Shown: positions 37,854-50,704, counted from the first letter of the whole stretch. The stretch is DNA of 58,211 nt, filler included, from Sphacelaria rigidula (GCA_964200075.2; 8 parts of 8 records of this genome joined end to end with filler, not necessarily neighbours in it); one strand, 5' to 3'. Notes: generated from the sequence alone by a model not told the origin. Program-made: numbers and translations.

Positions 37854-38280
37854 GAGGCCGGGTGTTATGGCAAACAGATTTTTGGCCCACAGATCGTTCA
37901 CTTTTTGGACGTTTGACCCACCTTTTGACCCCCTAACAGGGAGAACCGCCTACGCACGTCTCGGACACTTTGCATCACCCCAGAGAGGAGCCTAGCTCAC
38001 TTTTCAGATTCCCTTGGCTCCGAGCTTTTGAGACTGGCCAAACTGGCAGGGGTCGGTAAGCACAGATTTTTGCGCACGAATTTTTGTTCAGCGGCCAATC
38101 TCAAAAGCTCGGAGCCAAGGGAATCTGAAAAGTGGGCTAGGCTCCTCTCTGTGGGGTGATACACAGTGACCGAGACGTGCGTAGGCGGTTCTTCCTGTTA
38201 GGGGGTAAAAAGGTGAGTCAAACGTCCAAAAAGTGAACAATCCGTGGGCCAAAAATCTGTTTGCCATAACATCCGGCCTC
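37854..38280. mobile_element. Foldback element, near-complete palindrome with GAG...CTC ends
   Basis: GAGGCCGGGTGTTATGGCAAACAGATTTTTGGCCCAC / GTGGGCCAAAAATCTGTTTGCCATAACATCCGGCCTC, arms about 190 bp. Confidence 0.88.
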
Positions 38281-38692
38281 AAGAACGCGAAGGTCGAATT
38301 TGTTTTTTAACACCTTGAGTGCTCTCAACCCCTTGGCTCGGAGCTCGAATCACTGAAGAACACCCCACACTACGTACTACTTTGTGCCAAGCGCACACAA
38401 AATGAGAGGTACATCGAAAAACCGCGAAATGCATGTGGGCGAGCAACGAGAGTGTTGGGTACCAGGTACCGACAACACATTCGTCACTACTAGACGGTGT
38501 ATTCCATGTTTTCTTTGTGATTTCGACCGCTACATACATGATCTTTATTATACTTATTTCGGAGGAGCGAGGCAAAAACAGGTTCTTCACTTTTCTGCTC
38601 GAGAAAAATATCACACGTCCGTCTTTCTCTACGCCCAACTGGTAGCAGCAGATAACAAAAAACACACGCACGCGATCAGAGCGCTTCTCTAC

Positions 38693-41036
38693 CTGTTTAG
38701 GGTCGCCGCAAACACCGTGCCGAACAGATATGCCCTGAGGTTCGAGGTAGTTCCCGTTAGCAGCCATCTCCCCTGAAGAACAACAACATTTGGTTGGGCC
38801 AGGTGTAGAGGTTCAGGGGGGGAGCTGAGGGGCATCAACCTTGTAAGCGGCCGCAGATGGATTCCTGAGTCCAACAATAATTTTGAAATATGATGATGGT
38901 CATTCAAACTGATGTATACCCCTGGGCGGAAAAAGGATCGATACTTCAAAATGCCCGGGAGAAACTAGCAAAGTAGGGAGTACAGGGGTACATAAACGTA
39001 GCACCGAGACAAATATTTTGACCTCAAATGGAAGAGAGACCGCCGTGCATTTTGTTTACCGCCAAGGCCTCATCGTAATGGTCTGGACGGAGTCACCTTT
39101 GTCGTACACCCATCGGAGAGGGTAATACCCGCCTCCATATTCTGCAAGGATGTCGGGATCCGTCAGTCGGAGTGCACGCTCTTGCACAGTCGCCTGTCCT
39201 CCGGCGTTGTAGGCTCCTGCGTTGTGCTCAAGGTTCTTGAAGTCACTGATGATACGGATAACACGCGTGTTCACAGCACGTGGGATCAAGGAAGCCACGT
39301 TCTTCAACGTTTCACGAGGAGCAATGCTACGGCAGGGGTACACTTTTTGCGCGAAATCTTGTCTGCTTTAGGGGCTCCCAACGATTCTAGATGCACAAGA
39401 ATATGGGTCAGGGCATCCACGTCTGCAAATTCATTCGGGATATCCCAAGCACATTAATTAGAGTAGTAATCCTGGCGTACGCTCACATATTTTCAGAAGT
39501 AGTGTTTTGCATGAGATAGGGGCTCCTAACAATTATAACCTCAGAAAATGTTTGTGCACCCCTACCGTAGCGTCACTTCCAGCGGAGGTTGATCTGATCG
39601 CATGTCTCCTTGGTGAAATGATTTTGTAGCTACCTCGTACAGTAGTTACACTACTTTTCGGACGGAGCATGGTAAATAGAGACCGCGCACCGAGGAGACA
39701 GCAGTTCATGGGCTATAATACGTCCGAGCCTACCATACTTTCTCTGCTGATCTCGTATAAATGGCGATGATAAAAGCTTGGAAGTTGTGTAACCAACAAT
39801 TATAGCACAGCTGTAGTGACGGAATACGCACACCGTGCCTAATGTTGTTGACCTGCATGGACTATGATGGAAGTACTTACTCGTTGGTGGCCGAAGAGGT
39901 ACCTCCAGGTTCCACGTTTGGGTGGGATTTTTATGGTGTGCACAAGGTGAAAATACATCATCAGACAACCTAACGACAACGCCTTGGTACGTTGTACACA
40001 CCCTCAACACCCTACCAAAGCGGTTTGAACATGTAAATATATGCGTCGCAACGAGCCTCTCTGCTCAACAGAGCAAAATACAAGAGTGTTATTTGTATTG
40101 AGATTTGCGTGTACCGCTTCTTCGGTCATTCAGGCCTTTTCAGAACTAGTCACAGCAATCGCTGCATTTTAATGGGTAGACGGCGTGCAATCTACATACT
40201 GCGCCGCGTCATCCGTGCTATGCTCGCGGCAATCGCCTTAGAAATGTCCCCGCAGATCCTCAAAGACACTATTTGATAGAGGACGCTCTTGCGAACGTCG
40301 TTAAATTTACCCGTTCACCGATTGCCCCGAACAACCAGCCGGGTCTGTCCACCCTAGACGTACTGAAATAAAGTTAATACGAGAACGCGCAGGTTCTTTT
40401 GCGCATGAGAGGTATCTCGAAAACTCGACGTTCCCCTTGTGTTCAACAGTAAATTTGAAATGATGATTAAATAATTATACCGCGCGTTTCAGATGTTCCT
40501 CTATGGAGCATTAGTAGCACTGCTCTAAGTGGCCGACACCCGCTTGAAAAGCACACTAATAATGGAGACATGTGACTGTCACAAGCGCCGGCACAAACTT
40601 GAACGCAGTCTGATCTGGTCCGTTGCTACCCACAATCACAGATTGACAAGGACAGGAGACTGGAGGGAAACTTCATGACGTGACTGGGCGACCGTTGACG
40701 TATTTGGACCTGCAGCAATCCATCTCATCCCACTCCGCCTACACTGCCCCCCACGAAGATGTAGGAAAGAAAGGGGAAGGGTGTAGTCTTGTCTCTCACA
40801 ACACAAAGGTGATGGACACACCATGTCTACAGATACTAATGCTGTCCACCGTGCAAGTACAGAGGAGAAGGGTACAGTGGTGGTGTAACTCACTCGCTTT
40901 GATAGACGGGAGAGTAGAAATACTGACGGCTTTCGACCATGTAGATGTGAGCATCAACACCCGTCGGTGCCAAATCTCCACTCATCAACAGCGCCGCCGC
41001 GCCTCCAGCTGCAGTGATCCGTGAGAACGAGGTCAT
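38693..41036 (-). CDS. 5' three exons of a secreted lytic polysaccharide monooxygenase-like protein (AA15-like/chitin-binding type 4 family); 3' part not found on the contig
   Basis: Exons 41036-40894, 39245-39097 and 38772-38693 all have GT-AG ends and matching phases (2, then 1). Protein: MTSFSRITAAGGAAALLMSGDLAPTGVDA|HIYMVESRQYFYSPVYQSDDFKNLEHNAGAYNAGGQATVQERALRLTDPDILAEYGGGYYPLRWVYDKGEMAANGNYLEPQGISVRHGVCGDPKQ. A signal-peptide-like leader ends V-D-A directly before His1; H-x-Y-M...SR and GVCGDP motifs are present. Confidence 0.8.
39319..39578. mobile_element. MITE family B (Sola2-like), copy 3, in intron 1 of the LPMO-like gene
   Basis: Same TIR and body; flanks CGAG/CCAG. Confidence 0.8.
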
Positions 41037-41553
41037 CTTAGCTGACGCCGCACACCTCAGAGCTGAACGGAGTTTTTGTTGTAATAAAGGAAGAATATCG
41101 CCGGGATGGAGCAGCGAGGAGACGGGAGTGGGCTAGTCGGGGAGGACAACTGCTGGCCGACCTGTTCTGTAACATGATACAGTACGATTCAGTTTGTAGT
41201 ACTGTACAGAAGTAATATTAGTGCAGTAGCACAAGCGAAGACCGTTGCAGGGTTGCAGCTTGTTAGTCCGCCATTACGATGAGAGGGTTTTCCCCTCTTA
41301 TGATTGTATGAATATCAGAACATAAAAACAGGATGGAATTTCAACGGATAATGCACTTTATTGCGGGTGATTTGGGATGATCGTTATCAACTACCGGTAT
41401 TCCTTAGGGAGGATCGATCGCCGCATGCATGTAAACAAGTGAGTGTTATAATCAGGCGTTTCTGCACTAACTGCGTCCTGGAAAAGTACAGCTGTATAGC
41501 TTTGTCACCTTGCGATGGGTCATCAGCCTCACGTAACGGAAATAATCGTCCTG

Positions 41554-41796
41554 GAGCAATGCTACGGTAGGGGTGCACTTTTTTCGCGAAACTATGTCTA
41601 GTTCAGGGGCTTCTAACGATTCCAGATGCACAGAAATATGGGTCAGGGCATCTCCGTTTGCAAATTCATTCGGGATATCCCCAGCACATTGGAGTAGTAG
41701 TAATCCTGGCGTACTTTCACATATTTTCAGGGCTCCTGACAATTCTAACCTCAGAAAATATTTGTGCACCCTACGTAACCGTACATAGCATTACTC
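41554..41796. mobile_element. MITE family B (Sola2-like), copy 4, about 520 bp upstream of the LPMO-like ATG
   Basis: GAGCAATGCTAC...TAGCATTACTC with a perfect CCTG duplication. Confidence 0.85.
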
Positions 41797-42839
41797 CCTG
41801 GACGAGAGCTTTTTTGTGAATTCTGAACGATTTAAGACTAAAATCCGAACCAGAGAACACTTTGAAATCCCCCGAGCAAATCGAGGCCCACAACGGATTA
41901 TTATCTGTTTGGAGTAACTTGTCGATTAAAGGCCGCGAATTCCCCGCACAAGCTACTCGCGCCGAAGAAACATTGCATATAGAGTTCAGCTCGCAAGAGT
42001 GTACGTATGCGCGTTGTTGGTTGCCATCGGGCCCGAAGGTTCACATATTCCGTTTCTGTCTGTCGTAACTTATATAAATAAATATTTGAATCTGATATTT
42101 CGTGATGGCAAGCAAAAAATGCTCTTCCTACTACCGCATGTGGTCTTGTTGAGACTTGGCATATCTCTCCTTGATTATGGCGATGAGGAATATCGTACTC
42201 GATCTACTTACTCTCTTGTGTTGTTCGACGTGACTACTGCGTCCATGTTCGCTCAAATCACTTATCAGGATAAAAGAACTTCGGCTGCGGCACGAACAGT
42301 CCAAGACGCATTCTTGAGGCCTGCAGGTGCTACGAGTGCTGTAGCCCGAACAAATTGATGGGCGGCAGCGCATTCGAAATTCTTGACTGATGAAGTGAGC
42401 TGCTTTTTGTGTGGGTTCAGCCCTGAGGGTAAATAATCTCAAGGGAACCGTACATAAAATCATAGTGCACTGCACCGTACAAGGTAAAAGCAGATGAGAA
42501 ACAACGCCGCTAAACAAATATTCCAGGCGCGCGCCGTTTCGGTTTGCATCAAAATAGGAGCGGAAATCGACATTGAGTCGGCACAAACACGTGGCGAACG
42601 AGAGGTTAGTTAGTTCACCACTTGGTGGGTATGAGAAGTTTCTCGGAAGTTCATGATTTCGAATGTAGTCTAACCCTAACCGCAACGAAGGCATACCGAG
42701 GACCCTCGGGTAGGGGAGGTGCAACGTGTTCCCAAGGAAAAGTGTGCGTTGCCATACCTCAAATCTACGCTTCAGGCACCGATTTGGACACGAACACGTT
42801 CTCCGCACGCTATAATAATAGTAGAAGCACGCTAGGCCC

Positions 42840-43440
42840 ACAGCACTCCTCCTCAAGATCCGGATTTAAACCCCACTAAAATCAAATACCTAATACATAG
42901 CAAGTGATGAACTCTGCTGGTCGATATTGACAACTTCTGCACGACATACAGTCTTGGATTCCGACAACGGAAATTTTTGGGGACCTGGGTGAAAATCAAT
43001 TTTTTTGGAGGATTCGGGTGATCAAAGTGCATCACGTAAACTCCGCTTGATTATTTTTGTTTCATCCAAGACCAGACAGTTTCGGTCATCGGAATTCGAG
43101 TTTGTATGGCGTGTATTATTAGTAGTTGTCAGGGCGTGTCACAGCACCTTAGTTTTCGATCGAGATTGTGCGGTAACAAACAAATATCCCGATGTGATGG
43201 GTCGTAATTTTCAAGATGGTTAAAATCGCGATTTATCTGATCGGGACTTTCGTTTTCCACCGCACTTCCTCGATCGAAAACTGATGTGCAAAGACACGAC
43301 CTTAATAGCTACCATTTGCAAAGAAATACAGCCATATTTCGAAGACGAAGGATTGTTGTGGATAAGGAAACCTTAATTTTCCGGCTCATCATCATCCCCA
43401 ATGAAAGTTCAATCCTCAATTTGAAAATCAGTTGTTGAAT
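42840..43440. mobile_element. Old, diverged foldback family A copy with an enlarged centre
   Basis: TATTGACAACT...GGGACCTGGGTGAAAATCAATTTT left arm and CATATTTCGAAGA...ATCCTCAATTTGAAAATCAGTTGTTGAAT right arm; internal hairpin at about 43157-43275. Confidence 0.65.
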
Positions 43441-43962
43441 GTCCGACGTTGACGCCATACACATAAAATTTTCCACACATAGAACAGATCATGATCCGTC
43501 TGAATTTTACTCCTCAGTATCTTCGTAATGTACGATTTCCACCGTGGAAAGCGTGAGAACATGAGTAAACAAAGAAGTCGACTGGGTTTGTGTGACGTGC
43601 GTTGACGCGGTGCGGGAGTGCTGACCCAAACCGCGNNNNNNNNNNNNNNNNNNNNNNNNNNNNNNNNNNNNNNNNNNNNTTAATTAATTAANNNNNNNNN
43701 NNNNNNNNNNNNNNNNNNNNNNNNNNNNNNNNNNNATAAAAAATGTAGTCGCAAAAAAAAAAAACCAAATACAAAAACCAATATGAAAAAGCTGATTCAA
43801 AAAATTTTTATAAAAAAAAAAAAAAAAACGGACACTTTTCCTTGGCCACAAATCGTAAGAGCCATTTTTCCCGAGAATATTCGTCTAGAGATCTGAAACA
43901 CCGACGGCAGAGTGCACATGTCGCACAGGGCAGACTATGACACACTAGGGCGTGACACACAC

Positions 43963-46900
43963 CTGGGTACCGGCGTCGCCGCCTCCTCTGACTCGAGAAT
44001 TCTCTGCGACTTGGAGTTTTTGAGCATGAACTCGGACGCTCGTCGATTGGCTGGCGCAGGAGACGGATCCAGCACCTGCACCCTCTTCAAATGTGTGTGT
44101 GTGTGTGTGTGTGTGTGTATTTCAACACCCCAGTACACGACACAAACACAGAAGAATAAAATAAGCAAAAAAAATTACCATCAAAAAGGCGGCAAGCACG
44201 CGAGAGAGAATTAATGGTGTGTGCAGTGCAGGGCTTCGCGCGGTGGAAATTTTCTTCTCTTCTCCCTCATCGCATCTCCGCGAATGACCCCCCTGCTTCA
44301 TACTTCTAATCCTGTCCTTGCTCGGGACGGGTCCGAAGTCCGTCTCAAGGGAACAGCAAACCCATCTCTCCCCCGGCACACGCTTGATTTTATGGGATCG
44401 TCGATTGGATCATGACCAGCGTCGAATCTCGTCGAGAATGTTTCGGTACCGCACTCGCTCTCCGAAAATATTCACCTACGGAACCCAGATTATGTTCAAG
44501 AAGGTCACATCCGACGGGAATCAAACCCACAACTATCCGCCTCAACACCGGATCCACCACCCAGTGCAGTCAAGCAACCCCGAGACGTTTCAAGGGTCGG
44601 ACGAATTAATGATACGTCTGGAAATTACTTGAATTATAGTGTGATTGATTCGTACGGTACGAATCAATCCTGAGGCTTTGTTTTCAGTGTTGAAACTTAG
44701 GTACGCGCAGCCCAGGCACGTGGAGTGGCGCAAAGATTGCGTGGAGATCTTTTTGACCAGCGGTCAATTTTTTTCTCTCTTTCGAGCAACCAGGCCTAGA
44801 AAATCGTGGATTTGGTGATTCGAACCGGCGATGATTCGTCCGACCCGTGAAACGTTTTCGTCGAGGCCGGTCGGTCCTAGACCTGCCCCAGCGTTTTTCA
44901 TGGTTCGCTTTTCATTCCCCGTCTATTCTTCCTGTCGTCCTTTTTTGTTTTCCCCCTTGTCGTGCTGATCCCATGTTTCTCATTCGTCCTGTCCATTACT
45001 CCGCTTGTTTGATTCATCTGTTTTTCCTCTTCTATTTTTCTTCCGTCTTTGCCCCTTCTCGAGTTGTTCCTGCAGAGATAAATGTCCGTTTCATGTACCC
45101 TGAGTACACGTATCTCGTGAGCACAGATGAATTCCTTGGGTATCAGTGGATGTACGACAACCAACCAATCACTCGATTGATCGATCAACCAACCAATCAA
45201 GCGTCGAACATTTGATTAACTGGACGTTACCAGGTGTGTAAAGCAGAACGTTATTCATTCGCCACGTTACTTACACGGTTAATCCAGGCACTACGCGTAC
45301 TCTAATCACCAACCGTTACATTCTATACCGAGTGAATATACCGACCTCGGGCATTATACGCTACATTTTCGACACAGTAGAACATCCAAGCACCATTGCA
45401 AGCGCCATTCCAAGCACCGTTCCATGCGCAGACCGTTCCAGTACATGGTACGCTAAGCACCTCACCGATGGGCTGCAGGAGTCATCGTCGACTTCGAGGT
45501 TAGTCAGGTCTTGCTGCGCCGCCTTCATCTCCAGCTCCCTTGCCTTCTCGTTGGCCAACCGCGCTTCCGCGGCCCTGGCCGCACTTGCTGCTGCCTGCTC
45601 CTCCTTGGTCACTTGCTGCAGCAGCTTCTTGAACGAGCTTTATTTTTTGTTTCATGTGCATTTCGTTGTTTTTGGTGTTTCAGTTTGTAGGTGCACACGT
45701 CACAGTGGTGCGGGGGGGGAGGGGGGAGGGGGAAGGGGGGAAGGATAAAAAATGGGGATCAAAGATTTGGACAATAACATGTTTCCACCTCAAACTAAGT
45801 TTGAGCCATGTCGAAAGATGACATCATCACCATCGAGACACCACTTTGTTTCTTCCTTCTCATCTTTGTCTGATATGCATTTCATCCTTGCTCCACGCCC
45901 TGGTCTGGCGAAAACCCCGTTTGCTCCGTCCCGACTTTTTAGGGATACGACGTCAAAGGTCATACGACCACGGCATGCAAGCTCATTTGAGTACCCCCCG
46001 CCCCCCTGGGGATAACTTCATGTGCGACAATCCATCAATCAATCGATCAATCAATGCCTTGCTCGCTCACGTATCGGGATTCAAACCAGCAGGCAACCAC
46101 ACAACCAATTTGTTGCCGATGCCACTCCGGCTTCAGACCCCGCGGGTCGCAGAAGCTACTGTATGTCCCCGAGGTCACCTGAAGGCAGCGAGGGCCTTGT
46201 CGACAGAGGCCTTGGCCTCCTCTCCAACCTCGTAGGCCTGGGCGAACAGGCGCTGCTGCCGCTCCGAAGATCGAGCAGCGTCGTTGGCCAGGTTGGTGAC
46301 CTCCGTCGCCTGAGCCTTCACCGAGCCAGCCTTGCCCTTGGCCACTTTTTTAAGCTCTCCACATCTCTCCACCTGTTTCGTTATTGCGCGCGCGCACGCG
46401 TGTGTGTGTGTGTGTGTAAATGTGTGAAGATACCTTATAGCTTGAGTGTTAATTTTCCAGCTCATACCGAATAAACCATGAATTTCTCGATTATTTATGC
46501 AGTAGTTAACGTGAGGAGTGTATATGTACTACTTCGGAGTATGACAAAACATACAAGGACGACGCTTTGCATGGAGTACGACAATTAATTGAAAAAATGA
46601 TTGTCAGACTGATTCCCGAACATCACCTGATCCCCGAAGGACCTAGCCACGTCATATTTGCATACATCGGTATATCGGTAGAAAAAATGCTGGCAGATCT
46701 GACCGGCGGCACCCTTGCAACAACCACTATCCAACTATGCCACAGCGAGCCGAAACGGATCGATCACTTTGACCCTTTTGGAACCAACTGACGATACTTG
46801 TGGTTGTGAATCGGCATCATTTTGACTTGAAAATGACTGCAAATGATGCCGATTCACATACAGTAGTGGACCCGATTTTGTGCTCGGTAGTGTCCCTCGG

Positions 46901-49900
46901 AAAAAAACGGCATAAAATTGATTTGGCATAAAATTGGTTTTATGCCTATTCGGCCTAAATCGGGGGGGGGGCAATTTTATACCGATTCGGTATAAGATCG
47001 GACAAGCGCACAAGTGACATTTTTACGCTGCGTAACACCCGTCGACATCGAATCCGTGTCGTTTCTGGAAATATTTGGGTGCAGATACACTAGTGGGTAG
47101 ATGTCCCTTGTGCAAGAGTTGTATCTGCAGGAGTATAGAGCAAAATGAATAAATAAATTTGTTGCTGATGAAATAAATAAATTTGTTGCTGATGAAATAA
47201 ATAAATGTAATGCTCTGGACCGGAGTGCTGTTGCTGTACTCATCCTACTTTTTGGAAGGCACGCCGGAGTTTTTGGATTTGGCGCCGCATGTCGAGCCGG
47301 CATTGGACGAGCTAAGAGGTGTAGTCTGCATTCGTTGCGCGGTCCCCCTTCCTTTGTCTGCGGGCTGTTGTGCTGCCGGTAAGCACCCCAGGCCACAGAG
47401 ACGATGGCACTCGTTGCTGCTCTCCGGGTCTTGCACGCCGCACATGCCATGGACACGTACTTGCCACACTTGCGGCACTTGTGTTGTGTGTAGTGAGGTG
47501 GGCCTGGCATTTGCGCTGGCGCCTTGCAGAGTTGTCCTGCTGCGCATGGCATGACTTACAACGTCGAGTGCTGCCGTTTTCGTGCTTCAAACGGCAAAAA
47601 AGCGGCCCATTTTGTGACTATCCGGGACAAAGTTGAGCATCCGTTTTTATGCCGATCCGGCATAAATTCGGATTTTATGCCGGTTTCGGGCGTACAAAGG
47701 GAAAGCGGCATAAAATCCATAATTTTCGTGTACCCTGATAAAACACGGCATAAAATTGATTTGGCATAAAATAAATGGCACAAAATCGGATCCCCTACTG
47801 TAAATAGAATTCGTCAATGGGTTCCAAAAGGGTCATGAGTGGAAGCAAGTCCTCAACTATGAACCGACAAGGTCAGACAAAACAAAGCAGCGCGCATAAT
47901 ACTTTCGTGTACCTGACATTTATCCGCCGCTTCCACAGTACTCTGGCACAGGTTCTTGGCCGATCGCGCGTCCGACCGAAGCTTCCTCAGCATGTCCCCC
48001 AACCTGTTGAGCATCGTAGCCTCGTCCTCGCCCCGCACCATTGCTATACGCGCTTCCAGTTCGGTCGCTCTTCGTGGGGTGAGAAGAGGAGAAACGTGGG
48101 CGAGACGAGACGGGACGGCGGGGTACATGTGTACGTTATACGAACCGCCGCATTTACAGGGTCATCAATATCGTGTACGATATATTTGTATTCGTTTTTT
48201 CATGCACGCTGTCAACCCCTCCCTTTTCGCGGAACGGTTTGAACTGCGATTTCGGGTGGGGGACCTGGACCTGTCAGAGAGGAGAGATATACCAGCAGTC
48301 GAGAGGAGGAGGAAGTAGATGCACAGAATTGCCCCTGTGGCAAAGCAATAGAGAGTACAACTCATATAGTAGCAGAATGTGAGCTGTACAAGGAGGAGCG
48401 GGAACGGTAAAAGGTTGTATGTAATGTACGGAATTAACGTACTGAGCACCTCAGTGTTGGAGTTGTCTCCATTAGGAGGAGGAGCGACGCTCCATCTTGA
48501 AAGGAGTGCGTGGTCACGACCAGGGCAACCAACAAATGAGTACGCCCCCTCCCCTCCTTTTTGGGAAGGCTCCGCGGTCTGTCTCAAGGGACCAACCTAT
48601 ATTTCTCCCGTTACTCGGTACATTTTGAAGCGGAAACCCCGCCGAGGTGTTACAATTACTTGATTTTAATGTGGAATGCAAGACCTAAAAACAAGAACGC
48701 ATAACTTATGCGAATTATGCGGAAGCACGAAGGGCAAAGGTCTAAATATTATTGCCCGGAATACATACACACATGGAAGGCAGTTGAGTATTTTCTCTGT
48801 ACTCTCTTCGTTTATTATACCTTTTCTTTTTCGCAAACCATTTTTGTTTTCTTTCGCGAGCGTTTTCGTTTTGTTCACCTTGGGTACGTTTATCCATTAG
48901 GTACGTACCTACATGCATCTTGTGGATAATGACTGCGGCTGAACCCCTCGGGGATTAGGTAAGGTAGTGCGACAACCAATCAAATATATCAACGAATAAA
49001 AAAAATATATATATACTCCCGGAGATATGTACAACACTTGCAGGTGGCATTGCAAATCTTTTTATTTCCGCGATCTCAGATGATACCCGAGTAGTAACAT
49101 TTCTAAATAATGATGAAAAAAAGTGCGCCGCCGTGCCCCAGTGAGCAGTCTAACTTCTCTTTTTCTTGTTGTTCGTCATATTTCCGTTTCAACGTCTCCC
49201 CTTCCTCGTCGTGACGAGCTCGCAGTCTATCCTTCCCTTCGGAACATGCCTGACATTTTTGGTATACTTTGGTATCGCGCACTGGATCATGACTACCAGC
49301 ACTCGCCCCTGCACCGCGTGGACTAAAAAAATGTACTCACCTTCTCGCGTCATCTATGTTTGTACTGATCCTCCCCCAACCAACAAAAAGATGGAATGTA
49401 CTTACGGCGAGGATCGGACCCTTCATTTGGGGGAGGGAAAAAAATGAAGAAAAAAAAAATGACGGCGAACAGTATTGTTTGTGTCTGTGCGCGATTCTCG
49501 AGCACGCCGGTATGGTGCACGAACACAAAAAAACGAACCTTACGACTTTCGGACGTGTAATTTAACCTGTGTTGCTGTTGCATGTGGGTGATATATAAGG
49601 TAGATAATTATATTACACACCGGAAGAATCTACGGTGAGCCTGACCCCAACCGCAAAAGAAGCATGAACACGAAAAACATGGACAAAAAAAAACATCCAG
49701 GAAGCAGTGAAGTTTATGGGTGTGACCGGAAGGGACAAAAAGGGCCGTGCGGCGATGCTGTGTGTGCGAGCGCCCGCTTGTGGATACGAACGTATTCTAG
49801 TATGGCCAACGGAACTTGCGGACGTCCACAACCTAGTGCGCGACGAAAAAGGGGATAGATACGTGAACAAATACATATATAAGGAAAAAAATACACATGT

Positions 49901-50704
49901 AGGTGTTTTCGTGAATATTGTGCACACATATTTGTGCTTTTGGTATTATTCCATTTTTGCACCTGATATTTACCCCACGTTGACAAAGCCTAACGTAGCA
50001 GGTAAGGAAAAAATTATTTTCGCAGGCTGAGATTTTCATTACCGTGCCTTATAGTACGTCCAATGCTGGACAAGAAGCAAGCACAACGCAATCGCTTTTA
50101 TCGCCGATGATCGTCGATCATCGCATATCATAAATAACCCATCCTAGTTAGTCATTATCCGCAAGGAGACGTCCCCCAAGGTAAACCAAAACCAAAACAC
50201 TCGCGAAAGGAAACTCGACGAGAAGAGGAGAAAAGAGAGACAGACAAAAAAACGAACAGAGAGAACACACGGCTTGAACTGAGCAAACTGTGGGCAAGCA
50301 AGGAAAGACCGAATACAATACAAGATTGATTAACCGAAAACATTGAAAACAAAACTTCCACGAAAAAAAATAAAAAGTTGCGATCGAGAGCGGAAAATAT
50401 ATATAGAGAGATTTTCTCACCTGTATCAGGAGCTGTTATACACGAGAAGGAAGACGCAATTGTATCTAACAGGATGAAAGACGAAAAACGAAAAATAAAA
50501 AGCAGTAGATTAAGCTTTCCCTCAACATCAAAGAGTTTGATAAAAGTGCGGTTTCTCCCGTCGATATCTCCCAATTTCTCACCGCTCGCCCGCTGCTGTG
50601 ATCTTAACAAGGGCATCTTGGGAAGCATTCACAACGCGCTCCATGGCTCCCTGGGCATGCTTGCCGATCTTATCCGACCGGGCCGCCTCCACCATCGCCT
50701 CGAT
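43963..50704 (-). CDS. Five internal exons of an uncharacterised Ala/Glu/Lys-rich coiled-coil protein (partial at both ends)
   Basis: Exons 50704-50583, 48069-47913, 46372-46179, 45637-45466 and 44084-43963 have AG/GT boundaries and compatible phases (2,0,2,0), giving one continuous frame IEAMVEAARSDKIG...RATELEARIAM...VERCGELKKVAKG...SFKKLLQQVTKEEQAAASAAR...RVQVLDPSPAPANRR. Confidence 0.85.
44588..44852. mobile_element. MITE family C (about 265 bp), second copy at 53886-54149
   Basis: TIR TTTCAAGGGTCGGACGAAT / ATTCGTCCGACCCGTGAAA; the body is closely matched in contig 8. Confidence 0.8.
46861..47800 (-). mobile_element. Non-autonomous Tc1/mariner-pogo-like element (940 bp) with a frameshifted Cys/His zinc-finger ORF remnant, intronic
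   Basis: TA|CAGTAGTGGACCCGATTTTGTGC ... GCACAAAATCGGATCCCCTACTG|TA; repeated subterminal GGCATAAAAT motifs; 47552-47245 reads MPCAAGQLC...HKCRKCGKYV/HGMCG...HRLCGLGC across one frameshift. Confidence 0.85.
48243..48558 (+). mobile_element. Internally deleted LINE 3' fragment
   Basis: Matches about 6633-6795 and 6950-7100; retains NCPCGKAIESTTHIVAECELY. Confidence 0.8.

Noticed and set aside
39056..39343. ORF as a standalone gene disrupted by a MITE
   Set aside because: Only 39097-39245 is exon; the MITE lies in the intron.
42131..42856. 241-aa minus-strand ORF
   Set aside because: No codon bias, motif or splice support.
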